Shown one piece after another: positions 37,485 to 50,734 of a stretch of 64,000 bases of DNA. A program made the translations under genes and the position numbers. Numbering within the stretch: the first letter of the stretch is position 1; each line of letters opens with the position of its first letter. The stretch is from contig NC_042998.1 in assembly GCF_006345805.1 (NCBI RefSeq), forward strand, positions 181,598,001 to 181,662,000. The letters run 5' to 3'. The notes under the pieces are model-generated. The model saw only the letters and a list, made by a program, of their open reading frames with translations. It made no database searches and was not told where the DNA came from. This stretch comes from Octopus sinensis. Its lineage: Eukaryota.

Positions 37485-37881
37485 TCTTTTACTTGTTTCA
37501 GTCATTTGACTCTGGCCATGCTGGAGCACTGCCTTTAGTCGAGCAAATCGACCCCAGGACTTATTCTTTGTAAGCCTAGTACTTATTCTATCAGTCTCAT
37601 ATACCGAACCGCTAAGTTACACACCAGTATCGGTTGTCAGAACTGTGCATAAAAATATAGGGGAACAAACACAGACACACAAACATATACAGGTAACACA
37701 TACACACACACATATATATATATATACATACATATATACAACAGGCTTGTTTCAGTTTCCATCTATCAAATCCACTCACAAGGCTATAGTAGAAGACACT
37801 TGTCCAAGGTGCCATGCAGTGGGACTGAACCTGGAACCATGAGGTTTGTAAGCAAGCTATTTACCACAGAGCCACACCTAC

Positions 37882-37884
<3 letters not shown>
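37483..37884 (-). mobile_element. SINE family A followed by a long (TA)n/(TG)n tract to ~38160
   Basis: Reverse complement of the family A head and tail. Confidence 0.88.
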
Positions 37885-37934
<50 letters not shown>

Positions 37935-37970
37935 GTGTGTGTGTGTCTGTCTGTGTGTGTGTGTATATAT

Positions 37971-38026
<56 letters not shown>

Positions 38027-40081
38027 ATATATATACACATATATATATATATGTATATGCATATATACATACACACGTGTGTGTGTGTATTATACACACA
38101 TATATGTATGTGTGTGTTTAGATAGTTATATACTTATGTGTCTGCACACACACACACACAAACATTTAGTAGGTTTGTCTCCTTTTCTATATGTTTTTTC
38201 TTTTTTTTTTTTTTTGCTTCGTGTTGCTTTATATTTCTCTTCAAGGTCAATAATTGTAAATCTCATTGAAGAGAATGGTGTTATCAAGTCATCATACAAA
38301 GATACTTCAAATCTGCAAGCGGTACTTGTTTAATAACTAACACAAGTAAAAACAATCACCTTAATGCTTGTTCAATTAAATCGGTAATCTGGGACAGATA
38401 AACGGTAAAGTAAGTATTCACAAATCACAACACTGTACGCGTAAATATCTACCTTCTGTGGGGCCATCCTTTTACTAAAAGCTGTGCCTTCGCCTTTGTC
38501 ATCTGCATGAAATCTATTGATAGAATTTTTGACACACATCGCACAGGTATATATAAATCACACTCATATATAGCATATACGTAATGTGTGTATGAGTATG
38601 CGCGTGTGTGAGTCTGTGCCCATTATATTATATTATATTATATTATATTATATTATATTATATTATATTATACACACATACACATATACAGAAATGAATA
38701 TTTGTTTGAATATCTCTGATCTTTCGGTTTTTATTTTTCTCTTCTTTCCATTCATATAAAAAATGATAAAGATGAGTCAATCTGTAAAATTACGAGACTG
38801 CAATTTAATAATAAAATAAATGGTAAAGATAAAAATCAACAAAAACTTCTTAAGTAGCTCGGATAACAATAACGAAAGTTTGGGAGGTCGACGTGTCCTA
38901 GGTTAGTATAAACTCCATCGTGTTAACCAATCAAGTAATTCTTAATAAATTATGTCACTGTTTTTATAGTCGTAAAAAGCAAAGTTGGAAAGGCAGAAGA
39001 AAATAAAATATTACTCATTTTATTTCAGATTTCTAACGCATTGCATGGGAATTAATATCAAAGACATTCGAAAATGAAATATTTTTTTACTATCAATTTT
39101 TGTTCGAGAATTAAATCGAAAGTGAAATAGAAACAAATTCTAAAAATGACGGATTTTAAAATCATAATAATAAACACAGAAATTGGAATTAAAATAATGA
39201 CAAAAAAATGCATTTAGAAAAATATTCGGGTTGCAACTTGTAAACTGTCGCCCCTAAAAACATCGTGCACCCTTATGAATTTCTTTGGAGTGTCTATCTT
39301 TTTCTCATTCTCCTTTTAGCTCTGTGAATATTTAAAAAATATTCTTTCCCCCTTATTTCAAGACCAGCATGCAGATTATTTATACTAGAAAGATCGACAC
39401 GAAAAACCAACCTGTCAGTTCATCAGCAACTAGCCACTATCGCAAGCTGGAATAGATCCAAAATAATTCGGAGTCATCACTAGAAAGTAGTTTGAGCAGA
39501 GCAAGCTATTGGTTGTGACAACATGAGACAATAAAGTACAAATAATCTTACAAAGCAATACAGTTCTGCAAAGAAGATCCTTCACTTAAGAGTCACCTTT
39601 CGCCCATCATACATACCTATCTATTCATGGAACCATCTTCAACGATCGTTAAAGATAATCGCTTTATTATTTATTATTGCTGTTAAATAAAGGTTTTAGA
39701 TTTTTCTTTGGCTGCCGAGTTCTTTAAGGAGCAGAAAAATACCAATCAATGCATTAAATTCCGATGAATTTTACACTTTTACACTAGCAATGGCCCATTT
39801 GTTGACAATCGTTTTCTCTTTAGGGTTTTTACAAAACAAAACAAACACGTCACCTTGACCTTCATCACAATATCCTGACCTCTTTTTTCTAAGTTTATTG
39901 AGAAAAAAACAAGATGAAAACAGAAAGAAAAAATCTCAGAAACACTTAATGCCATCACAGCTTCGATATAATTATATTAGCCTTCAGATTATATAAATAA
40001 AATAAGAGGGAAAGATCGGAAAAGAATGAATGCGATATAGAATCTCAACAGGAAACACACGCACTTTGCTAAGTGTTGCCT

Positions 40082-40113
<32 letters not shown>

Positions 40114-40299
40114 GAAATGCAATCTAATAAAAACAATACAGCTTTCTCGAGGATGTTTGCAACGTTGCCTTATTTTGGAAGTTTCATTAGAAGGTAACTG
40201 GAAATTACTCCAAAGAAGTTCAATATAGAATGGTAAGTGGACTTGATATCTTAGAAAAGGATATAGTACATTCTTCCAGCTCACCCCAAGCTGAAGAGG

Positions 40300-40370
40300 C
40301 GTGTGCACGTTATGAATCAGCGGCAGTTGATTGGCCAAAATGGTGCCATGACGTCACAGTCACGCGCACT
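40300..40370. promoter_or_regulatory. Promoter-like motif cluster
   Basis: TGAATCA (AP-1-like, ~40313), ATTGG (reverse CCAAT, 40330-40334), CAAAATGG (YY1-like, 40336-40343) and TGACGTCA (CRE, 40349-40356) lie within ~45 bp in a CpG-retaining, TE-free zone. Confidence 0.45.
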
Positions 40371-41535
40371 GGTCCACCGTCGTCCTCTGCAGAATCAAAA
40401 CAAAACTCCATGTTGATTACTACTTTGAAGTGAAATAATGTAAACACGACAAGAAAGAGCCACCCAAAACGATATATTAACTCACGCATTGACATTTAAA
40501 GTTGAAAACGATCAGCCAAAGTAAGTCCAGAATCATTTTCAATCATTATTTTTACTTGTCATTATGGAATTTAGCTGAAAATTATCGTTTCTCTTCACCA
40601 AGTCTCTCGTTTTGTGTTGACTATTTCACCCCCACCCCACCAATCAAAAGGTTTATATATATATTTGTATTTATTTTACTTGTAACAACACTTTGTAAAG
40701 AGAACAACCTTACATTAGTGAACTTTTTAACTCGTTTCAGGTGATTCGTTTTTCTTTCAGTGTTTTAAAATATGTCTGTATAAATATGGTTTTTTCAAAA
40801 GTGGAAAATCTAAAAAGGAAAAAAGAATTCTTGTTGACTAACTTCGTTGAAATATTGCCTGTTCTCTTCCATCATCAGTTCTGATAATTGAATTGCTATG
40901 GCCAAAAAAAAGAATGACGAGATAGTCATTTAATTGGAATAAAAATTCAGTTTAATATAATCTAATTTCCTTAGTTTTTCCCAACACAAAGTAAATAATT
41001 TGTTTTACTTTTTAATAGCGGACGACTTTTCCGTCGATCTTACTCTGATTAGGAACGAGGGGCGAACTTTCAAGGAATTTTCCATTGTTATTCCCCACAT
41101 ATCTTCCCCCTTTCAGCTCTGAAGCCACGACGACAAGATATATTTTTCACAACAACATATGGAGTTGTGACTGTAATCTGTTGATGTCTTGCAATGTTTT
41201 ATTTTGCACAAGCCCAACTTAATGAAATCTGTGATCCTTTGGGCTGGTTTTGGTCTCAACCTAATACATCAAACCTGACTCTGGAAAGTTCAGACCTTGG
41301 AATAATTTTAGCTTATTTACATATGCGTGATGCGAAATGTATTTTTAACTTTTGTTATTATTGTTGTTTCCATTATTCATTCTCAGTATGTGATCATCTT
41401 CCCTCCAGAAAGTTCTACTCTGGATTGATAATATATTAGTATTTGTTGTTTTATACATTTTAAGTATTAGTATTTGAGAATGGCTTCGACGAGCACCTAT
41501 TTAACATAATTATCAAGGCACACATATACATATCG

Positions 41536-41567
<32 letters not shown>

Positions 41568-41587
41568 GACATATATATATGTGTGTG

Positions 41588-41651
<64 letters not shown>

Positions 41652-43394
41652 ATATATATATGTATGTATAGTGTAAGTTGTCCCTATTTAACTGGACTCA
41701 AAGGAAAAGAAGTGAAAATTAAAACAAAAAAAAAACACTTAACTAAAATTAAAGAAAAGAACACTTCTAATAAATAAGGTTAATTAATTGATAACTATCA
41801 TCTAAATTTAGAGCCCTTGGAAAACAGTGGCAATATTTTCCTTTTCTCTAGTCAATAATATATTTGTATTGCACCATCCTTTACCATATAGCAACTAATA
41901 AGGAGGAGGAAGAAGACTCGAAGGATCTTTCTGGACGTGGTTGTCAAGTGACACTTGGGGGTGGTAGAGGGCGGGAGCTGAATCTTCACGCATTATATAA
42001 TTATAATGTAGCAAACAAAAAAATTGTTTCCTTATTGTTTTTCTTGCATCATGCACTAAAATAATTTGATAGTCATTATTGAAATCGCATTCGTAATGAA
42101 GAAAGAACAGAAAACAGGCTTTCGATGATGTATTTTAGAGACCTGTAAACATTTCTTTTTGCTGCGAATTTGTAACAAAATAAACCAGTTGTTTCTGTCT
42201 TTGAATAAAATACATCTCTTTCTTTTTTTATTCATTGTAACAAAATATATGTTAACTTTCAGAGAAAAGGATGTGCTGTTCCTTTTATTTATTTATTTAT
42301 TTAAAAAAAAATTTTTTGCTTTACTGAATAATCCACTACGACAAATTTTCTTCCAAAATCACTTATACGGAGGAAAATCTTCTCTAACTTAATTGCATTG
42401 TACCCTTGTCGCGTCTTGATTAATGTATGAACTTGGATGACAATTTGGAGCCCACAGACAGTTTTACTTTAACTGGATGCTTTAGCCAGTTCGTAACTGT
42501 ATAATTTAAAGTATGAGCATTTAGAAGACAAGATGATGGGAAATACCCTGATATTTTTATAGTACTTTTCATTATACAAATATTCACACACACACATACA
42601 TATATATACATAGATACGGACGTACACATACACATACATATATATACATAGATACGGACGTACACAAACACACTCGCGTGCGCGCACATACTCTTCTCAC
42701 CTGATAATAAAAGATAATTATAAATATTTTGGTTCTTCTTATTCTCAAAGATAACTTTTTCTTTATACAATGAATACATATTTCATCGTTAATATCATAG
42801 TTTGAAACTTGAATATTTTTCTGATTTCATGAAAGCTAAAAAAAAAAGAAAAAAAGGGAAATGGTGGGAGAGAAAGAACTGAGATTGATAATTGGGATAA
42901 AGACAATAAACTTAACAATTCTACTTCAATATATAATATCAGCTTCTATAATATACACCAATTACTCGATTCCACCCATTTATTAACTTTCATCGTGTAT
43001 ACGTATGCATATGTGTGTGTGTATGTGTATACATATGAAGATACATAAATTATATACATATATATGTACATACAGTATATATGTATGTATTATGAATACA
43101 TTACACACACAATTTGTGAATGTGTGTGTGTGTGTAAAAATACAGTCACACACACAGTCCAACCCATGCCAGCATGGATCATGGGCGTTAAATGATGATG
43201 ACACATATGCACACATACACACACACTTTATTTTACATGAAAATAAAATAGGTGTTACTCTACTAAAAAGTATTGAGTGATCCTTCAATGTTGTATATAT
43301 ATATATCATACATATATAAATTATATGTATAGGCATATATTTCTATATATGCATATAAAAATGTATGTGCATATATGTACATATTTATATTTGC

Positions 43395-43605
43395 CAGCTT
43401 CCTCTGGCCCCTGTGCCGGTGGCACGTAAAAAAACACCCAGTACACTCACGAAATGGTTGGCGTTAGGAAGGGCATCCAGCTGTAGAAGCACTGCCAAAC
43501 CAGACTGGAGCCTGGTGCAACCTCCATGGCTTACCAGACCCCGGTCGAACCGTCCAACCCATGCTAGCATGGAAAACAGACGTTAAATGATGATAATGAT
43601 GATAC
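43395..43605 (+). mobile_element. RTE LINE 3' tail
   Basis: Ends in aacccatgctagcatggaaaacagacgttaaatgatgat. Confidence 0.85.
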
Positions 43606-43699
43606 GCATGCATGCTGTAAATTAAAGGCCAGATAGAAACAACATGCTACTAAATGAGGAAAATTTTGGAGTTATATACTTTGGAAAAGAGAATGTGCT

Positions 43700-44350
43700 T
43701 GAACGACCATACTGTCTTCCTTCAGGAGGTCCAATCATGGATTTCAACACAGACTTAGGTTAATTGTTGATAATAACTTCAGTTGGAGTGCTCACATCAA
43801 GTATTAAGTCGATAAGGATTGCAAAGATGTGCTCCTGGATCCCTAGAACTTTTCAGTGTAGAGAGCCAGATGTTGTGGTCCTCCTTTGCACAGTCACACT
43901 TAGAATATTCTTCTCCCTGGTCAGTGGTCTCCTCATATCAAACTAAATACTACAAGAATTAAGGCACCCAAGGTGGAAATTGCAAAAGTACTAATCTTGA
44001 TTATTGGGACCATCTTAAAATATTGAAACGCTTTTCTCTTGAACACCATAACAGTGTGGAGAATATTTACCCAAATAGGACCCTGTGCTATATGCAGCTC
44101 AGGGTCATAACACATAAGCACATAGCAACACAGTTACTTTTTCCACAACTATCCCTGCTCTATTTAATATGATACCAAAGCAAATCAAAGAAAAAAATCC
44201 CATAAACCTTCAAACAATATCTTGAAAAATTCTTCAAGAAATGGCATACAAACCACTTTTACCTGGATACATCTCTGTCAACAACAACTCCCTGCTTAAG
44301 TGGGCAGTGATACCACAAAAATGACTTAAACTGAAATTGATTCTATCAGA
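43700..44350 (+). mobile_element. Degraded CR1/L2-group LINE C-terminal remnant
   Basis: Peptides IPRTFQCREPDVV and LDYWDHLKILKRFSLEH resemble RTF..R.P and L.YWERL..L.L.SLE. Confidence 0.5.
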
Positions 44351-44456
44351 TGATGCTATTATGTTAGACATGGGCTTGGTAAGCTTTGGCCCAAACATCT
44401 AATATACATAAGTTAAACACACACACACAGTATATGTGTGTTTTATTTGTATATGT

Positions 44457-44494
<38 letters not shown>

Positions 44495-44495
44495 T

Positions 44496-44620
44496 ATTGG
44501 CCTGCTTGCTTAGCCAGCAGGGTGGCGTCATTTGAAGGCTAAAACAATGCGAAGCGCGTTGTGACCAGCGATGTGTAGCAACATCTGATAACCTGGTCGG
44601 TCACGGTGATCACGGTGATA
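44496..44620. mobile_element. ~120-bp GC-richer insert flanked on both sides by (TA)n
   Basis: tatatt-ggcctgcttgcttagcc...cacggtgatcacggtga-tatatat. The family is not identified. Confidence 0.4.
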
Positions 44621-47584
44621 TATATATACACAGTTTGTGTTACATAAGATATCAATCATGGGGTTCTGGGTTCCATCCCATTGTGGAGATTGTAAATGTT
44701 CAAAGTTCTTGCATTGTCACACTGATTCTGTGTTGTGATAAACATATTTATACTATATTGCAATTAGTTGAATTCCCACTGATCAGATAGCTAGAACTCT
44801 AACTTGTGTAACCCAACAGTATGTATGTTTATTGGTGATGCTACTGTTGACTTGGATAATGATGGACAATAAGTGTTCCAGTTGTTTGCTAGACGGGGTT
44901 GGCGTTAGTGGTTGAGAATTCTCCAGAAAATTGTACACATAATGTAATCTTCATATGAGCTCAACTTGACTAAGCAATCCATGCAAAAGATTTTATGAAT
45001 TTTCTTCTCTTCATTTTCCTTCGTATGCCTTGGATTAAGCTGAGTTTATGGTGGAAAATACTTGACCAACATGTCGATTTGTGGGATCGAACGCAGGGTT
45101 TCATTATTGTCAAGAGAACTTCTTAACCAACAGCTAATGAAATTACTATACAGTGTATACACGTACATATATTTTACATATTTTTGAAATAAATGTATTT
45201 GGTTAAAAATTTTAAAATTCCCATCGATATAATTTTATTTCCTGTTTCCATTTTTTTATATCACGCTATGCGTTTCTGATTAACCAAATTAGCCGTCTGC
45301 TTCAGAATATCTCATGCAGAACATATTGGAGTTGACTTGTTATTTTGCTTTCGAGTTATGATATAAAAGTACATTATATTTAAATTATCGAACTGTACAA
45401 GTGGAAATTTTAGAGTTATCTCCCGTTAGCATATTTACATACCTGCCAATTGATAAATTTACAGTAAGCACGCAAAGCGAAGTCGGGTCAATTCTTTCTT
45501 GTTTTTGTTTTTCTTCTTTACAATCGCGACACCGAATGCTGGATCTTTGGATTTTATATACACCACTTTCCTGACAATAACATAATTTCATTCTGTTGGA
45601 GTAAAGCATTTTTTTTCTTCTGTCTAAACACGAAGCAACCGAGGTCACCATTGTCTTGATCTCCTAATTCTTATCTATCAACGATACTTTTTTCAATTTG
45701 TGTTGCTGTATTTTATGCTTGTAAAATCAAATTGTACCTGAAAGAATATTTCTTGAAGACTTTTATTTTAATTGGCAGTCTTGTATTTTGGATTTTAAAA
45801 AATTTCTCCGCGCATGATACTGGAAATCAAGCAAACAGATTTCTTTTCCCTTGTTTTTTTGTTCCATTCTTTCCATCTTTAGTTTTATTTTCTTAAATCT
45901 CGTAAGTAAAACTTAAAAACCATTACTTAACATGAATTTTCAAATAGTTTAATTTCTATTTAAATTATCATAAAGCGATATGGCAATATTTTAATGTGGT
46001 TACGAAGACGGGGCTGACTGAAAGCCCTTAAGGACTGGTAAGATTGATGTTGGTTGACATCTGGAAGGTAAAATCAGTGAGAAAGGGAATTCCGGAGGAT
46101 CGACATTCTGAAAAGAAGGATTGGAAGAGGTGGTTAATGTGGGGTTTGGGTGGAGAGACACAGAATAACTGACGAGAGGAGAATGTTTGGGTAGATGTTT
46201 ATAAGTCATTATTAGCTCAGAGTATCAAAGGCTCTTGTTAGTACTCATGCAAAATCTTGAGTGAGGGTGATTTAAAGATCGGGGTGTGTTGGTGGGTGAG
46301 TCCTTGCCAATCAGTTGAATGGTCTTCTTTTGGATGCAGCCTATTTTTTTTTTTTTGTCTGTAGCAACATTGCTGTTCCAGATGGGGCGGGGCGGAGGCA
46401 GTATCTTATCGTGTGCCTCATTTGTGCTTCGAAGAAAGTTAACAGTTGTTCAAAGTAAAAGTATTTATGGATTCTGAAGACGAAGACTAAATAATATACC
46501 AGGTTCATTAATTTCTAATTATAACTATTTAACTCTTATTTGCAATTGTATTATCCAAAATATTCATAAAAATATTTATTCTTATTGCTTTAACTTAGCA
46601 CATCACAACTGTTGCAATAAGACTGAAATTCCTCAGCCGTTTCTATGAATTGAATAACGTGACTATATTCTTACTTTATTTCAAACACATTTCATATTAT
46701 TTTTAACATTGCCAGTATAGTTTGTAAAAGTTATGATAATGTTATTTTTTTTTCTTTATTCAGATTAAGTACTAAAGTTGGTGTTAATTACTAACCTAAA
46801 GCTAATGTTTTCAAATCTTGCCACTGAGCAAGTGATACAACAAACCTCAGTCAAGCATTTTCTACTTGGTTATGTGATTGTCATCTCTTACACTACGTCT
46901 CCAAAAAATCCATGTAGCTGTTAGCATCCAACTCATATTAACATGATGTAACTATATATAACACATCACCTAGTTTAAAAATATCATCTGGTCTTTAAAT
47001 ATTTTTTTGCAGAGTCACTCTTTGCAAGCATTTGGACCAAACCCTTGTTTCCCCCTACCTCCATCCTCAAGCCTACTGTAAATGTTTGGGATTGGCAGCA
47101 GTGGCATAAATCTCACAAATTTGAAAGAGCCTGCAAAAGTCTTGACTAACTTATTTACAAAAAAAAATTCTTTCTTTAGATCATTAGAAAAGAACACTAT
47201 CCCATACCAATTTCATAGGAGTTACTAATCTACAATCTATATTTTAAGAGTTACTTGAAGAGCACCCTGAAAAGTTTAGCTATTCACTTTCTCTCTAAAG
47301 CACCAAGAAACAGCTTGGTCTTATTCACTCTCTTTCCATATGTTTAAGTTTCAGTTTTCAGGTTTTGAAGTAATTTTATAATAGATGCTAAATTGCCTTC
47401 AATTAGAACCTTGCATATGACTTGTTCAGGAATGTATTGGGCCTAAGTGGTAAATACTCAGATATTCAATGTTCTTAATTTTAATGTTATTTTTAGGCAT
47501 CATCATCATCTGTATCTTCATAAAAATATTTCTAGTGACATATGACCCATAGAAGTAAATACCTTCCTAAATTATCTAATTGGT

Positions 47585-47765
47585 TAACCTTTTAGCATTC
47601 TAACTGTACATATACCAGCCCAGATCTGGACTCTCTCACCTTCCCTACAATGTTTGTCATTATAGAAATATACAATCTCATCATTGAAATCTCAAAGGTA
47701 TGAGATAATGAATGATCAATTCAAAAGAATGTGAATAAATAAGCATTGAATTAGTTACAAGAGTT
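47585..47765. mobile_element. Dispersed repeat (MITE-like), related in reverse orientation to 57305-57480
   Basis: ccagatctggactctctcaccttccctacaatg...ttgaaatctcaaag versus ctttgagatttcaatg...ttgtaggataggtgtgagaggctgggatctgg. Confidence 0.55.
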
Positions 47766-48439
47766 TCTTCCTTTCCATCTGCTACACTTAAATAATTACC
47801 ATTTCTTTTTTAAAAAGAGCTTCTGTTCATATATTAATCTTATCAATTTAATATGCTATATATAATATGTTCACTCAATTTTTTTTTTACCTGGCATGCT
47901 AACAATTCTACCAACTCACACATTCCAACTATATTAATAAACTTAATCCTCTAGTCACAGGACTACCTTTTTCCATAAGTATCTATTGTCTATCCTTGTG
48001 ACTTTTGACACTAAAACAGTTTTTCTCTCAGTTACTTAACAAAAGTTCCATGTCTTTATTCTGTTTCTAATGAGCATCAAGAACCACTGGAGAATTAGTA
48101 CACAATCAAGGAACTCCCTGTATTTTACCTCAATTAAATTATCTTGGTGGAACCTATCTTTTCTCAAGTTATATTCATAGAAAGATTTAAAACCTTTGCT
48201 AAAATTTTTGAAATTATTACTACTACTTCTGCTTTTGGTATGCATATGAGTGAAGACAGCTGCATAAAAAAGAACCAAGTTCTAATTGTGGAGAGTACCC
48301 TGGAAGACATGTGACAAAGTGGTGAGAAAAGATTTTTGGGCACTGGGCCTCACTAAGGAAATGACATGGGACCATGCGATGTAGCGATTTGCTGTACTTG
48401 ATGAGACATGTTAAGCTAAGTACAATCACTGTCTTTCAC

Positions 48440-48705
48440 ACATACAGGCTTGTCCTGTCAGGTGCCAGTGCCACTTAAAAAGCACCCATGCCAGTGCTGC
48501 ATAAATGCACTTGTGCTGGTGGCACATAAAAAGCATCCAGCACACTGTTAAGTGGTTGGCATTAGGAAGGGCACCCAGCCATAGAAACCATGCCACAACA
48601 GACAGTTGTAGTCTGGACAGCTCCCTGCTAACCAATTCCATGTCTAACTGTCCAACCCATTCCAGCATGGGTTGGGCAGTTTGACATTAAATGATGATGA
48701 TCATC
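48440..48705 (+). mobile_element. RTE LINE 3' tail, diverged
   Basis: tggttggcattaggaagggc...aacccattccagcatgg...ttaaatgatgatgatc. Confidence 0.75.
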
Positions 48706-49169
48706 ATCATATCAAGGTACCTATTGCAGTTAGGGTAATTGGTTACTGGGTTAAATGTCTTAAGTGTCACGGATGCAGTGCTATGACAGTTATAAGAATA
48801 CAAACTATGAACCAGTTTCCTTCTTGTTGATAAGCTGGAACTCTAGTCACATTGGACAGCTTTGACACACCTAGAGTCATTGCCAGTTGCCAGAAAACTT
48901 TTGACAAATATGCGATGCCATGCTGTAACCTTCTACCGTATTTCTAAATGCTACATAGTCTCGTGATACGCTTAATGGAAGCTAAGCTAGAAAGAGTTCA
49001 TTGACCTCCCCTTTCATTGTTCGCTATCTATATTTATGCATACCATACCGTTACTAAACTGATGAGTGCGGATGTAATCGGTTGAAGGCATTTCGGAGCT
49101 GGGCATTCTCGTATCCAAGACCTTCTCTTCTATTTTCTACTCTGCATTGCAAGTCTTCGAGTAGTTTAT

Positions 49170-50030
49170 TTTACTTTTGTTTATAATTGCTGTACTACTT
49201 CAATTTCTGCCTGGCTCACACGGTAAAGTTTCTGTTAGTATTTCTTCTGTGACTACTATTATATTTATTATAACTACTAATACAACTGTCGCTGCTGCTA
49301 AACTATTACTACTACTACTACTACTACTACCACTGTCACCATTTCCATATCTAGTAGTAGTAGTAGTAGTAGTGGTGCTGGTGGTGGTAGTAGTAGTAGT
49401 AGTAGTATCACTGTTACTACCACCACCACCGCCGCTGCCACCATTTTAATGCCTATTAGCTCTCTCAGCCACTATCACAAATGATCTCTCAGGCTACTCC
49501 TTTGTCTACTACCAACTCTACTACTTCTGCTATTGCTATATTTTTACTACCTCTATCATCATCAGCATAATTAGTATCAGCAATACTAATACAACCATAA
49601 CTACACCTTGTGATGCTTCTACTACCATAACTTATCATCAATAAGCTTCTCTTGCTGCTGCTGCTGCTGATTATTATTATTATTATTAATATTATTACTA
49701 TCAATACTATTATTATTATTATTATTATACTAACTGTTACTGTAACTACTGCAACCACTACCTGTGCTACTTCTATCTGTACTATATTAACTATTAACTT
49801 CACTATTACCTTAACTATTATTATATAGGCTTTGATTACTATTACTAACACCTTCATTCCCCCACAGCTACTAACTACTTTTCTTACTACTACTACTATC
49901 ACCACCACCACCTTTACTACTGTTACCATAACTACTGTCAGTGCTTTATTTCTAGGCAATACAATTACATTTTGTCTACTGCTACTATTACTACTACTAC
50001 TACTAATACTACTACTACTGACAACCGTTA
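49170..50030. repeat. Degenerate trinucleotide low-complexity tract (TAC/TAG/TAT/CAC)n
   Basis: Long imperfect runs of ctacta, tagtag and tattat. Confidence 0.9.
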
Positions 50031-50734
50031 TTGCATCAGGTATTGTTGGACATATTTTGCATGGTAAAGGCATATATGCCACAACTCAGTATTTCTTCTC
50101 ATCAGTAACTATAAAGATCTCTAGTAAATTTGTCTATTAAATCTTATTTTTTTTCATTTTTAGTAATCATTAATTATACTTCTAATTAGTTTTTTTTTTT
50201 TTTGTTTTGTTTTGTTATTTTTAAGTTGGGAATTTACACAACTGAGTCAATACAAGTGGCTATTATCATGATCCTTGGACAGCTAATATAACATAGATGG
50301 TGAAGTGTCGGGCAGTTCTGGGTCATCTTTCATTTTCTGTATACAAATTCCCCCCGGGTCAAGCTGACTTTGCTGTCTGGTCTTCCTGGGTTGGGAAAAT
50401 AAATTAATGCGATTAAAAGTTTGGAGTGATTCAATCAAATATACTGCCTACCTTTTCTACTAGAAAGTGCATGGGCCTTTTAACAAAACTATCAAAAATA
50501 TAATAAAATTTAAACACAAAAAAAATTAAAAGAAATCATTATAAAGTCTGTAGACTGTTTTTAGATTTAGGTATTTTTTCCAGCTTTTTATGTTGTCAGT
50601 GTAAATTCATTCTTCTATGAGTCAATGAAATAAAGTACCAGACAAGTACCAGGAGCAGTTTGATTGACTAAGAACTCCCTATATTCCTGGCCTTGTGCCA
50701 AAATTTGAAACAATTATTGTTATTATAATTTTTA

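Noticed and set aside
37861-38125. ORFs rich in YI/CV/HT (also 6277, 13725, 17754-18169, 41583, 42983)
   Set aside because: They are translations of (TA)n, (TG)n and (CATA)n microsatellites.
45385-45651. 88-aa minus-strand ORF with a strong internal donor
   Set aside because: No recognisable protein, and there are competing splice signals on both strands.
47013-47190. Strong plus-strand acceptor followed by an open frame
   Set aside because: The frames end in stops with no convincing donor and no recognisable homology.
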